This document shows positions 37,715-47,497 of a stretch of 64,000 bases of DNA, one piece after another. This DNA is from Puniceicoccaceae bacterium (lineage in GTDB: Bacteria > Verrucomicrobiota > Verrucomicrobiia > Opitutales > Opitutaceae), in the NCBI GenBank assembly GCA_007695295.1, contig REEB01000196.1, positions 2,289 through 66,288 on the forward strand, in the 5' to 3' direction. The notes below the pieces were generated by a model. It was given only the letters and a program-made list of their open reading frames with translations, was not told where the DNA came from and did not search any database. Each line of letters starts with the position of its first letter. The first letter of the stretch is position 1. Position numbers and translations under genes: made by a program.

Positions 37715-38962
37715 TCAGGCGAAACCAAATTTCCAAGACGAAAGCCGGCGCTCGATCTCGGCCACGATGCGCTTTTCCTCCTCTTCGCCCCCGGCCTCGA
37801 AGGTGACGGAAAACCGCACGTAGGCGCCGGCGTCGTCCCACGGCACCGTCGAGACGAGGTGCTCGCTGATGAGCCACTGGGAGAAAGCCTCGGCGGAGGG
37901 AAAGTCGACGCGCCCTCCCGGTCCCACGGCCGAGCGGGGACAGCGCACGTACAGGAAAAACGAGCCTTTTGGCTTGCGGGTGCTGAAGCCGAGTCGGTTG
38001 AGCGCGGGGACCAGCAGATCCATCCGGCGGGAGTACTTGGCCGCGATGGAGGCGGTGATTTCGGGATGGTCGAAAGCGTGGGCGGAGGCGTGCTGGATGG
38101 CGAGAAACTGGCCGGAGTCGGTGTTGTCCTTGATATCCGAATACGCCTTGACGAGGAGGGGGTTGCCGGCGACAAAACCGCACCGCCAGCCCGTCATGTT
38201 GAAATTCTTCGAGGTGGAGTGCAGTTCAAGGCCCACCTTCATCGCTCCCGGCGTGGCGAGAAAACTCAACGGCCGGCCTTCGAAGACCAGGGCGGCGTAG
38301 GCGAAATCGTGAATGACGACGAGACGGTGCTCGCGGGCGAAGGCCACCACCTTGGCAAAAAACTCCGGCGTGGCGCTGGCACCGGTCGGATTGTTGGGGT
38401 AGTTGAGGACGAGCGTTTTGGCCCGGCCGAGGATGTCGGCGGGGATGGCGTCGAGATCGGGCAAAAAGCCGTTTTCTTCGCGCAGGGGCAGGTTGTGGAC
38501 TTCGCCGCCGTAGTAGCGGGCGTGGGTTCCGAAAACCGGATAGCCGGGCACGGTCATGAGGGCGACGTCGCCCGGGTTGATGAAGGCGGCGGGCAGGATC
38601 GAGAGGGCGGCTTTGCTGCCCATTGAGTGGACGATCTGGGTGGCGGGGTCGATCTCCCCCACGCCGCAGACCTCGCGCAGGTAGCGGGCGGCGGCTTCCT
38701 TGAGGCGGGGGCCGCCGTTGTCGGCGTAGCCGCGGTTTTCGGGGCGGCGGGCCTCCGCGCAAAGGACGTCGATGACCTCGGGGAAGGCCGGCTCGTCCGG
38801 CTCGCCCACACCCATGTCGATCAGGGCCACATTGGGCCTCGCCTCGCGGGCCGCTTTTTTGGCCCGCTTGATTTTCTCGAACTTGTAGACCGCGGTGGTC
38901 TTGCCGTAGTTGCGGCCGCCGATCCGCTCGGCGAAGAGATCCTGGAGGTATGGGTCGCTCAT
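37715..38962 (-). CDS. Class I/II PLP-dependent aminotransferase (LL-diaminopimelate aminotransferase-like)
   Basis: FAERIGGRNYGKTTAVYKFEKIKRAK...IDMGVGEPD, LNYPNNPTG, PLP-lysine region HSTSKNFNMTGWR. DapL assignment is plausible but not certain. Confidence 0.8.
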   Translation of the reverse strand: MSDPYLQDLFAERIGGRNYGKTTAVYKFEKIKRAKKAAREARPNVALIDMGVGEPDEPAFPEVIDVLCAEARRPENRGYADNGGPRLKEAAARYLREVCGVGEIDPATQIVHSMGSKAALSILPAAFINPGDVALMTVPGYPVFGTHARYYGGEVHNLPLREENGFLPDLDAIPADILGRAKTLVLNYPNNPTGASATPEFFAKVVAFAREHRLVVIHDFAYAALVFEGRPLSFLATPGAMKVGLELHSTSKNFNMTGWRCGFVAGNPLLVKAYSDIKDNTDSGQFLAIQHASAHAFDHPEITASIAAKYSRRMDLLVPALNRLGFSTRKPKGSFFLYVRCPRSAVGPGGRVDFPSAEAFSQWLISEHLVSTVPWDDAGAYVRFSVTFEAGGEEEEKRIVAEIERRLSSWKFGFA

Positions 38963-39045
38963 GGTTTGGGACTTGCTTACCCCCTGCGTGGCGGCTTCAG
39001 TGGCAATGTCAAGAAGGCTCCCATCGGATAGCCGAAACCTCTGTC

Positions 39046-39888
39046 ATGCAAGTCATCGAGTCGGTATATGAAATGCAGTCGCTCGCCATCAATCTGCGGG
39101 CGAAAGATCGGTTGATCGGCCTGGTGCCGACGATGGGCTGCCTGCACGCAGGGCACCTCAGCCTGATCGAGGCGGCCCGCAAGGTGACCGACACCGTGGT
39201 CGTCTCCATCTTCGTCAACCCGATCCAGTTCGGTCCCAACGAGGACTTCGACGCCTATCCCCGCCAACGTGCCCGCGATCTCGAGCTCTGTGAAGAGGCC
39301 GGCGTCGACATTGTCTTCGCGCCGGAGCCGGAGGCCCTTTATCCGCGCGGTTTTTCCACCTATGTGGTCGAAGAGCTGGTCAGCCGTCCGCTCTGCGGCA
39401 TCTCCCGCCCCAACCACTTCCGCGGTGTCCTCACGGTGGTGGCCAAGCTCTTCAATATCATCCATCCGGATACAGCCGTCTTTGGTCAGAAGGATGCCCA
39501 GCAGGCCGCGGTGATCAAAAAGATGGTCAACGACCTGCACTTCTGCATCGACATCCTCGTGGAGCCGACCGCCCGCGAGCCGGATGGATTGGCGATGAGT
39601 TCACGCAACCGCTACCTTTCCCCGACCCAGCGCGAAGATGCGCGCGCCCTCTACCTCGCGCTTCAGGCGGCCAAGGCACTGGTGGACGCCGGGGTCCGCA
39701 ATGTCGACCGCGTTGTCGCCGAGGCCACCCACACCCTTTCCTCACACCGGCGGGTGCGCGTCATCTATGTCTCGGTGGTCGACCGCTGCACGATGGAAAG
39801 CGCCCGCGAGATCATACCCGGCAAATGCCTCCTCGCCGTGGCGGCCTGGGTGGATGAAGTACGCCTGATCGACAACCTTCTGCTTTGA
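39046..39888 (+). CDS. panC: Pantoate--beta-alanine ligase
   Basis: Trimmed to ATG 39046. GLVPTMGCLHAGHLSLI, SIFVNPIQFGPNEDF..YPR, FGQKDAQQ. Confidence 0.95.
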   Translation: MQVIESVYEMQSLAINLRAKDRLIGLVPTMGCLHAGHLSLIEAARKVTDTVVVSIFVNPIQFGPNEDFDAYPRQRARDLELCEEAGVDIVFAPEPEALYPRGFSTYVVEELVSRPLCGISRPNHFRGVLTVVAKLFNIIHPDTAVFGQKDAQQAAVIKKMVNDLHFCIDILVEPTAREPDGLAMSSRNRYLSPTQREDARALYLALQAAKALVDAGVRNVDRVVAEATHTLSSHRRVRVIYVSVVDRCTMESAREIIPGKCLLAVAAWVDEVRLIDNLLL

Positions 39889-39962
39889 TCCGCCTTGAAA
39901 CTCCTTCGCTCCGCCAAGGCGCCGGGCAGGGTGGCCCGGAATTGTCCTCCCTTTTCTGATTC

Positions 39963-41558
39963 ATGATCGATGCCGATGTCATCGTGGTCGGGACCGGAAT
40001 TGCCGGGCTCTCCTTTGCTCTCAAGATGGCCGCACGCGGCCGGCGGGTTGCGGTGCTGACCAAAAAGGACCGCGCCGAATCCAACACCAACTATGCCCAG
40101 GGCGGCATTGCCTGTGTGACCTCGGACACCGATGACTTCGAGAGCCATGTCCGGGACACCCTGGCCGCGGGAGACGGACTCTGCCGGGAGGAGGTGGTGC
40201 GGGAAATCGTGCGCGATGGGCCGGCCCGCATCCATGATCTGGTGACACTGGGTCTGCTGTTTTCCACCGATGCCAGCGGAGCCTACGACTTGGGGCGCGA
40301 AGGCGGCCACTCGGAGCGGCGCATCCTGCACGTCAAGGACATGACCGGACGGGCGGTGGAGCGCGCCCTCCTGCAGGCGGTGGCGGATTCCCCGCTGATC
40401 GAGTTGCGGGAGCATGTCTGCGTGGTCGACCTGATTACGGAAGCCAAGCTCAACCCAGGCGTCCACTCCGACCGGGTCCTCGGGCTCTATGCCTATGACG
40501 TCCATGCCCGCAGGGTGGATACCTGGCGTGCGCCGGCGGTCGTTCTGGCGACAGGCGGTGCCGGCCAAGTTTACCAGTTCACCACCAATCCCGACATTGC
40601 CACCGGTGACGGGCTTGCGGTGGCTTGGCGGGCCGGGGTGCCGGTGGCGAACATGGAGTTCATCCAGTTTCATCCCACCTCCCTGTTCTCGGCTGACGGC
40701 GAGCGGTTCCTCATCAGCGAAGCCGTACGGGGGGAGGGGGCGGTGCTGAAGGACCTTTCAATGCGGCCGTTCATGGCCGACTTTCACCCTCAGGGAGACC
40801 TCGCGCCCCGCGACATCGTGGCCCGGGCGATCGACGCGGTCATGAAGGCGAGCGGCGCCCGCCATGTTTGGCTCGACCTCACGCATCACAGTGAAGACTA
40901 CCTGCGGGACCGCTTTCCGCAGATTTTCGCCGCCTGTGACCGGCAGGGGATCAACCCCGCCCATGACCCCATCCCGGTGGTCCCGGCCGCCCACTACACC
41001 TGCGGGGGTATCGTGACCTCGGTGGCGGCCCAGACCGAGCTGCCCGGTTTGTATGCCTGTGGTGAAGTCGCCAACACCGGACTCCACGGCGCCAACCGCC
41101 TGGCCAGCAACTCGCTTCTCGAGGCAGTTGTGATGGCTCACCGGGGATCCGCGGCCCTCGAATCGTATCTGCAGGCACGGAATGCTCCGCTGCCGAAGCT
41201 GCCGGATTGGGTGGCCGGTGACGCCCATGACTCCGACGAGCAGGTGGTCCTGACCCACAATTGGGACGAGCTGCGCCGGACCATGTGGGACTATGTCGGC
41301 ATCGTACGGACGACCAAGCGCCTCGAGCGCGCCCGCACCCGCATCCGCACTCTTGCCCGCGAGATTCACGAGTATTACTGGAACTTCACCATCGACCGGA
41401 GGCTGCTCGAACTGCGCAACCTGGTGGTGGTGGCCGAGTTGGTCGTGGAGTCGGCCCTGCGGCGCCGTGAAAGCCGGGGCCTGCATTATACGCTCGATTA
41501 TCCCGGGAAAATCGATGCCGCCGACACCTGCCTGACCCGAACAAATCGGGCTATGTGA
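39963..41558 (+). CDS. nadB: L-aspartate oxidase
   Basis: FAD fold DVIVVGTGIAGLSFAL, AQGGIA, FIQFHPT, HYTCGGI, GLHGANRLASNSLLE. Confidence 0.95.
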   Translation: MIDADVIVVGTGIAGLSFALKMAARGRRVAVLTKKDRAESNTNYAQGGIACVTSDTDDFESHVRDTLAAGDGLCREEVVREIVRDGPARIHDLVTLGLLFSTDASGAYDLGREGGHSERRILHVKDMTGRAVERALLQAVADSPLIELREHVCVVDLITEAKLNPGVHSDRVLGLYAYDVHARRVDTWRAPAVVLATGGAGQVYQFTTNPDIATGDGLAVAWRAGVPVANMEFIQFHPTSLFSADGERFLISEAVRGEGAVLKDLSMRPFMADFHPQGDLAPRDIVARAIDAVMKASGARHVWLDLTHHSEDYLRDRFPQIFAACDRQGINPAHDPIPVVPAAHYTCGGIVTSVAAQTELPGLYACGEVANTGLHGANRLASNSLLEAVVMAHRGSAALESYLQARNAPLPKLPDWVAGDAHDSDEQVVLTHNWDELRRTMWDYVGIVRTTKRLERARTRIRTLAREIHEYYWNFTIDRRLLELRNLVVVAELVVESALRRRESRGLHYTLDYPGKIDAADTCLTRTNRAM

Positions 41559-42074
41559 ATAACTTGTGAGCAACCGAGCTACGGGAAATTCCGGACATCA
41601 GTAGCATGGATTGGGCGAGCGGTTTTTTGCCTCCCCGCGCACGACAGCCGGTCTCGCCTGAGGCCGACCATGCGGGTATTGGGCAGCGGCTGTCGGGGTC
41701 GTCCGCCTGTCTCAGCGGCAATGCCCAAGGGCTGAGTTAGCAGAACGCGTCCATGGCCAGTCAAAAAAATGCCCAACTACTCTTTTACTTTATTTTTACA
41801 AATCATAAACCATTGATAATCAATAGGATAAAGGTTAACCTGCGGTGGTTGTGCGGAGAGTGGCTGCCCAGAAAATCTTGATCTTAGTATTAGTCGAAAT
41901 CCTATACCGGAGAATTGTTTATCAGAATGATTAATGCTTGAGGTGGACGACAGCCAACGATTCCGATGTCAGGGCCAGATTTCAGCCGTGCCAAGGGCCT
42001 TCTTGGCTGGAATGCGACGCTTCAGTGTCGGAGGTCCTCGGGCAACGAGGATGGCGTTGTGAAGAACCTTGGCG

Positions 42075-42527
42075 CTATTCCCGGTTTCGGGAGTCCAGGG
42101 TGATGGTGACGGGGCCGTCATTCACCAGTTCGACGATCATGTGGGCGGCGAAGACGCCCTGCTCCACCCGGGAGCCGAGAAGCTGCTCCAATTTGCGGCA
42201 GGCGCGATCGCACAGGGCCCGGGCGTGGTCGGGCGGGGCGGCGTCATTGAAGGAAGGCCGGTTTCCTTTGCGGGTGGAGGCGAGAAGGGTGAACTGGCTG
42301 ACCACGAGGACGCGACCACCAACCTCGCTGAGGGAGGCATTGATGGGACCGCCCTCGTTTTCAAAGAGGCGGAGCCGGGCGACTTTCCCGCAGATCCAGT
42401 CGCCATCGGCTTCAGTGTCCTCGCGGTGGATGCCGAGCAGGATGAGCAGCCCGCGACCAATCGAGCCCACCACTTTTCCGTCGACGGTCACGCTGGCGCG
42501 GGTGACCCGCTGAACCACGGCCTTCAT
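42075..42527 (-). CDS. dtd: D-aminoacyl-tRNA deacylase
   Basis: MKAVVQRV...GRGLLILLG..., VVSQFTL, NDGPVTI. 150 aa. Confidence 0.95.
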   Translation of the reverse strand: MKAVVQRVTRASVTVDGKVVGSIGRGLLILLGIHREDTEADGDWICGKVARLRLFENEGGPINASLSEVGGRVLVVSQFTLLASTRKGNRPSFNDAAPPDHARALCDRACRKLEQLLGSRVEQGVFAAHMIVELVNDGPVTITLDSRNRE

Positions 42528-42553
42528 GCCTCCGGGTGGGCGCGAGCGAGGGA

Positions 42554-43744
42554 CTAAAGATCGACCAGAGCGGATTCGACGTCGACGTCGGCTTCGTAGT
42601 CGATGCCATCGAGGCCGAAGCCGAAAAGGGTGAGGAAGTCGGCATGGTAGCCGTCGAGGTCGGCCAGCTCGCGGAGGGTGTCGTTGTTGGCGCGGAGCCA
42701 GAGATCGGCCACCTCGGCCTGGACATCGGGCCGCATTTCGAGGTCGTCGAGTCGCACGCGGCCGCCGTCGTCGAAATCGAGGGCGCTGCCGCCGTACATC
42801 TGGGTTTTGAAGAGCCGAACCATCTGCTCGATGCAGCCTTCGTGCAGCCCCTTGGCTTTCATGACCTTGTAGAGCAGTGAAATGTAGAGAGGAACGACCG
42901 GGATGGCGGAGCTGGCTTGGGTGACGAGGGCTTTGTTGATGGAAACGAAGGCCCGTCCATAGGTGGACTTGAGCCGGGCATCGAGGCGCCGGGCGGCGGC
43001 TTCAAGGTCTTCTTTGGCGCGGCCGATGGTGCCGTGGCGATAAACGGGCCAGGTGACCTCGGGGCCGATGTAGGAATACGCCACGGTCGTGGCGCCATCG
43101 GCGAGAACTCCGCCCTCCTCGAGGGCATCGATCCACCACTCCCAGTCTTCGCCGCCCATGACGGCGATAGTGTCCTCGATCTCGGTCGGGGTGGCGTCCC
43201 CAATGGTGACTTCGGTGACGAGGTTTTTGTCCGTATCCAAGGATTTGGTGGTATAGGACTGGCCGATGCACTTGAGCACCGAACGGTGGGTCTGCCCGGT
43301 TTTGGGATGGTTGCGGCGCGGGGAGGCGAGGCTGTAGACAATGAGGTCGATCTTGCCCAGCTCGGCTTTGATCAACTCGACCGCGCGGGCTTTGATCTCG
43401 TCGGAGAAGGCGTCGCCATTGAGGTTGAGCGCCTTGCGGCCGGCCTGGCGGGCGGCCTCGCTGAAGGCGGCGGAGTTGTACCATCCGGCAGTGGCGAGGC
43501 GACCGTTTTCAGGTGGCCGTTCGAAGAAGATTCCGAGGGAATCCGCCCCGCAGCCGAAGGTGGCGGCGATCCGGGAGGCGAGGCCGTAGCCGGTGGAGGA
43601 GCCGACGACGAGGACGGACTTGGGACCGTCTTTGATCGGGCCGGCCGCTTCGGCGGCGGCGATCTGCCGCTTGACGTGAGCGGCGCAGCCAAAGGGATGG
43701 GCGGTGACACAAACAAAGCCGCGGACTTTCGGGCGGATGATCAT
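42554..43744 (-). CDS. fabV: Enoyl-[acyl-carrier-protein] reductase (NADH), FabV type / trans-2-enoyl-CoA reductase
   Basis: The 550-aa ORF in the track is trimmed to the internal ATG (43742-43744), giving 396 aa. MIIRPKVRGFVCVTAHPFGC, VLVVGSSTGYGLASRI, IVYSLASP, YSYIGPE..., NKALVTQASSAIP. Confidence 0.9.
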   Translation of the reverse strand: MIIRPKVRGFVCVTAHPFGCAAHVKRQIAAAEAAGPIKDGPKSVLVVGSSTGYGLASRIAATFGCGADSLGIFFERPPENGRLATAGWYNSAAFSEAARQAGRKALNLNGDAFSDEIKARAVELIKAELGKIDLIVYSLASPRRNHPKTGQTHRSVLKCIGQSYTTKSLDTDKNLVTEVTIGDATPTEIEDTIAVMGGEDWEWWIDALEEGGVLADGATTVAYSYIGPEVTWPVYRHGTIGRAKEDLEAAARRLDARLKSTYGRAFVSINKALVTQASSAIPVVPLYISLLYKVMKAKGLHEGCIEQMVRLFKTQMYGGSALDFDDGGRVRLDDLEMRPDVQAEVADLWLRANNDTLRELADLDGYHADFLTLFGFGLDGIDYEADVDVESALVDL

Positions 43745-43801
43745 GGCACTGGTTAACGGCGGGGGGCGACCGAGTGTCAAGCATCCTCCCGGGCTGAAAC
43801 C

Positions 43802-44356
43802 GTGGACTTGCCGACCCGGCCGCCCTCCACACTGATGAGGGCGATGGACAATTGCGGTCAGGCCCGGGCTTTGGAGTGGCGGATCACACCGCCGCAGACA
43901 GTGGCGGAGTGGGACGCCTATTTCGCCCTCCGCCATGCCATTCTGCGCGCTCCCCATGGCGCACCTCTCGGATCGGAGCGGGATGAGCATGATGCCAGCG
44001 AGAGTGGAGTACTCCATGCCGCCGCCTGGACGATCCATGGATCTTTGATCGGCTGTGGCCGGATCCATCCGCTGGCCGACCCGTGCTGGCAAATCCGCTA
44101 CATGGCCGTTCTGCCGGCATGGCGCGGCCGCGGGGTGGGAGGGGCGCTGCTGCGTTATCTTGAATTCCGGGCGGCCCAGGCCGGCGCGAAGCGGGTCGTG
44201 CTCCAAGCCCGGGTCGCCGCGGAAGCTTTTTATCGGTGCCGAGGATATCGGAGAGTGGGACCGGGACCGGTGTTATTCGGTTCGGTTTGCCATTGGACAA
44301 TGGAGCGCGTGCTCACTTCAGAGCAGGATCATCCCGAGGAAACCCAGCAGAATTAG
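43802..44356 (+). CDS. GNAT family N-acetyltransferase
   Basis: Acetyl-CoA motif IRYMAVLPAWRGRGVGGALL...AFYRCRGY. Start could be GTG 43802, ATG 43835 or ATG 43844. Confidence 0.8.
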   Translation: MDLPTRPPSTLMRAMDNCGQARALEWRITPPQTVAEWDAYFALRHAILRAPHGAPLGSERDEHDASESGVLHAAAWTIHGSLIGCGRIHPLADPCWQIRYMAVLPAWRGRGVGGALLRYLEFRAAQAGAKRVVLQARVAAEAFYRCRGYRRVGPGPVLFGSVCHWTMERVLTSEQDHPEETQQN

Positions 44357-44540
44357 CACTGCGAGGACGGATAATGCCTGTCGCTCCTGTTTGGTGAGTG
44401 GCAGGGGCATGATTGCAACTGTGGCGTTCCGTTTTTCATTTGCAAGAAAATGGCGGCGAGGTGTCGGCCCATGCGGGTTGACTCAACTTAGAAGGGAAGA
44501 AAACTGTAGGCTTGGAGTCTAATCTTCAGCACCGACCGAA

Positions 44541-46682
44541 ATGACTTATATGCGACGAACCTATTGCCTGGCGTTGGCCGGCCTACTGTTAACCGGCGCT
44601 CCTCTGCTCGCCCTCGGGCCTGTTGAGACCGATCACGTCACCGCTGAGTTGGTGGCGGAGCACACCACCATTCAGCCCGGAAAAGAATTCTGGGTGGGGC
44701 TCCGGCTCGAAATGGAGCATGAGTGGCACACCTACTGGATAAACCCGGGGGACTCAGGCCTGCCCACCACGATAGATTGGACTCTGCCGGATGGTTTTGA
44801 AGCCGGGGAAATTCACTGGCCCTATCCCGAATACCATCCGCTGGGGCCGGTGGCCAGCTACGGCTATGAGCGGGAAGTGATTTTAATGGTGCCGATGAAG
44901 GCACCCGAAAACTTGGAGCCGGGCACTGCGGTCAGGCTCAGCGCCTACACCGAGTGGTTGGCCTGCAAGGTCATCTGCCTTCCCGGCGAGGCGGAAGTGG
45001 CCCTTAACCTGAAAGTCTCGGCGGATGAGCCCGAGGCGCATCCGGTGTGGTTCGAGCGCTTCGCCCGGGCCCGGGAGGAGTGGCCGCTCAAAGTCGAGGA
45101 TTGGTCGGCCCGGGCTGTCCGCAGCGACAATCGCTTTCAGTTGGCGGTGGATCTCCCGGAGGACTTTTCCGGCGAGGTCGAGGCACTGCGGTTCTTCCCC
45201 TATGAAGAAGGCCTCGCCGATCCGGTGGCACCGCAGAATCCGCGGCTGATCGAGGGTCGGTTGCAGCTCGACCTGCCGATATCCGGTTTCTTTACCGGCG
45301 AGGTCGATGCGATCCGTGGAGTCTTGGTGAGCGAAACCGGCTTTGGCGAGAGTCTGCCGAGGCGGGCGGTCGAGTTGAATTTCGAGCTCGGCGAGGATCT
45401 GGAGGCGGCCGCCGCGGGGGGGTTGGGTGGCATAGATCTCGGGGTGGGCTTTCTGGTTGCCATCGGCTTCGCGTTTGTCGGTGGCCTCATCCTCAACCTG
45501 ATGCCCTGTGTCTTCCCCATTCTTTCGATCAAGATCTTCTCTTTTGTGCAGCACTCCGGCCACGTCCAGTCGAGAATGGCCCGGCACGGTGGTGTCTTCG
45601 GCCTCGGCGTGCTGGTCAGCTTCTGGGTTCTCGCCGGTCTCCTCATCGCCCTGCGCGCGGGAGGGGCCGAACTGGGCTGGGGCTACCAGCTGCAGTCCCC
45701 GGCCTTCATCATTTTTATAGCCGGGCTGCTTTTCCTGCTCTCGCTGATGCTGATGGGAGTGTTTGAGTTCGGTGGCTCGCTGATCGGCTTGGCCGGCAAG
45801 ACCTCCGGCAGCGGCTACAGTGGATCGTTTTTGACCGGTGTGTTGGCGACGATTGTGGCCACGCCCTGCACGGCTCCTTTCATGGGTGCTGCCTTGGCCT
45901 ACGCGCTGACCCAACCGGCCTTGAACAGTCTCTTGGTGTTCACCGCACTTGGTCTCGGCATGGCCACGCCTTACATGCTGCTATCCAGCTTTCCGGCCCT
46001 GCTGAAGTTCCTGCCCAAGCCGGGACCTTGGATGGAGACGTTCAAGCAGTTCATGGCTTTCCCCCTGCTGGCGACGGTCATCTGGCTGGTCTGGGTGCTC
46101 GGCCAGCAGGTGGGAGTGGATGGTCTGCTGTATTTCTTCGGCGGCCTTCTTCTGGTCAGCATGGGTGCCTGGGTTTTGGGTCGGTGGGCAACTCCGGTGC
46201 GGGTGCGCCGCGTCCGCTTGATCGGCCAGGCCGTGGCGGTGGCTCTGCTCATCGGAGGCGGCTATGTGGCCTACGGGGCGACCCAATTTGAGCCCACCGT
46301 CGGCGCCACCGCTGGTGGTGGCGCGGTCCAGTGGGAAGAATTTCATCCCGACAAAGTCCGGGAGCACCTCGCGGCCGGCCGCCCGGTGTTTATTGATTTC
46401 ACGGCCGCTTGGTGCCTGACATGCAAAGCCAATGAGTTGGTGGTTTTCCGCTCTGCCGATGTCCGCGAGCGTATCGAGCAAATGGATGTGGCGTTGCTCA
46501 AGGCGGACTGGACCAACCGAAATCCCATGATCACGCAGGCCCTTGCCAGCTACGGGCGCACCGGGGTTCCGCTCTATGTGCTCTATTCCGGCAAGCCGGG
46601 CGAACAGCCTCAGATCCTGCCCGAACTGATCAACCCCACAATTGTGCTCAATGCCCTTGAGCGTATCGCGGATCCGAGTTAA
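44541..46682 (+). CDS. DsbD-family thiol:disulfide interchange (protein-disulfide reductase) membrane protein
   Basis: Signal peptide and N-terminal DsbD-alpha-like domain (HTYW..PGD.G.PT). Membrane core with LMPCVFPILS and TPCTAPFMG. C-terminal thioredoxin domain FTAAWCLTCK. Confidence 0.9.
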   Translation: MTYMRRTYCLALAGLLLTGAPLLALGPVETDHVTAELVAEHTTIQPGKEFWVGLRLEMEHEWHTYWINPGDSGLPTTIDWTLPDGFEAGEIHWPYPEYHPLGPVASYGYEREVILMVPMKAPENLEPGTAVRLSAYTEWLACKVICLPGEAEVALNLKVSADEPEAHPVWFERFARAREEWPLKVEDWSARAVRSDNRFQLAVDLPEDFSGEVEALRFFPYEEGLADPVAPQNPRLIEGRLQLDLPISGFFTGEVDAIRGVLVSETGFGESLPRRAVELNFELGEDLEAAAAGGLGGIDLGVGFLVAIGFAFVGGLILNLMPCVFPILSIKIFSFVQHSGHVQSRMARHGGVFGLGVLVSFWVLAGLLIALRAGGAELGWGYQLQSPAFIIFIAGLLFLLSLMLMGVFEFGGSLIGLAGKTSGSGYSGSFLTGVLATIVATPCTAPFMGAALAYALTQPALNSLLVFTALGLGMATPYMLLSSFPALLKFLPKPGPWMETFKQFMAFPLLATVIWLVWVLGQQVGVDGLLYFFGGLLLVSMGAWVLGRWATPVRVRRVRLIGQAVAVALLIGGGYVAYGATQFEPTVGATAGGGAVQWEEFHPDKVREHLAAGRPVFIDFTAAWCLTCKANELVVFRSADVRERIEQMDVALLKADWTNRNPMITQALASYGRTGVPLYVLYSGKPGEQPQILPELINPTIVLNALERIADPS

Positions 46683-46766
46683 ACTCAGCTTCCGGTTCTG
46701 AAACTTTTGCGGATCGGTCCGGTCTGGACCATCTTCGCTCATCAACCAAACTAATATACCACTACG

Positions 46767-47384
46767 ATGAAAAACCTGCTCAAGTCCTTGATACCCGCCT
46801 TTTGCGCTTCCGTTCTGTTGGCCTTTTCCGCCCAAGCGGTGGAAATCGGTCAGCCTGCTCCCGACTTCACCCTCAAGGATTCTCACGGCCAAAGCCATTC
46901 GCTTTCCGACTTCAAGGGGAAGCTGGTCGTCCTCGAATGGATCAATCATGGCTGCCCTTTCGTGGTGAAGTTTTACCGCGAAGGCCACATGCAGGCTTGG
47001 CAGGAAAAGTACGCTGAGAAGGGCGTGGTCTGGCTTTCGATTTGCTCCTCCGCGCCCGGCGAGCAAGGCCACTACACCGCCGAGGGTTGGAACAAAAAGA
47101 ACGAGGAGATCGGCGGCAAGGCCGCCGCCATCCTGATCGATGAAGACGGCCGTGTCGGCCGCCTCTACGATGCCCGTGTCACCCCGCACATGTATGTGAT
47201 CGATAAGGATGGCATCCTGCGTTACAACGGAGCCATTGACAGCATCCGCTCCGCCCGGACCGCTGACATCGATCGCGCCGAGAATTACGTCGTCGCAGCC
47301 TTGACGGCGCTGATGAATGGTGAGGACGTGGCCACCACAACGAGCACGCCCTACGGCTGCACGGTCAAGTACGTCGCCTATTGA
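46767..47384 (+). CDS. Secreted thioredoxin-fold redoxin (AhpC/TSA-like)
   Basis: Signal peptide. APDFTLKDSHGQSHSLSDFKGKLVVLEWINHGCPFV. Thioredoxin-fold spacing. Confidence 0.8.
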   Translation: MKNLLKSLIPAFCASVLLAFSAQAVEIGQPAPDFTLKDSHGQSHSLSDFKGKLVVLEWINHGCPFVVKFYREGHMQAWQEKYAEKGVVWLSICSSAPGEQGHYTAEGWNKKNEEIGGKAAAILIDEDGRVGRLYDARVTPHMYVIDKDGILRYNGAIDSIRSARTADIDRAENYVVAALTALMNGEDVATTTSTPYGCTVKYVAY

Positions 47385-47421
47385 GTTCCGCCTTCAACTG
47401 CCTCCACGTTGTTGCTTTTCG

Positions 47422-47450
47422 AACCGGCTCCCCTCGGAGCCGGTTTTTTT
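47422..47450 (+). terminator. Rho-independent terminator after the redoxin gene
   Basis: AACCGGCTCC-CCTC-GGAGCCGGTT stem followed by a 7-nt T run (47444-47450). Confidence 0.75.
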
Positions 47451-47497
47451 AGTTCTCAACCGCTGGCCTGCCGCTGTCGGCGCAGGAAATTCCGAAC

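Noticed and set aside
41579-41776. SRP RNA, 6S RNA, RNase P RNA or tmRNA in the nadB-dtd spacer.
   Set aside because: None of the diagnostic conserved strings is present on either strand: the SRP GGAAG...AGCA domain IV, the RNase P GAGGAAAGUCC, or the tmRNA tRNA-like ends. The length is also wrong for RNase P and tmRNA. The region is kept only as an unclassified candidate (see findings).
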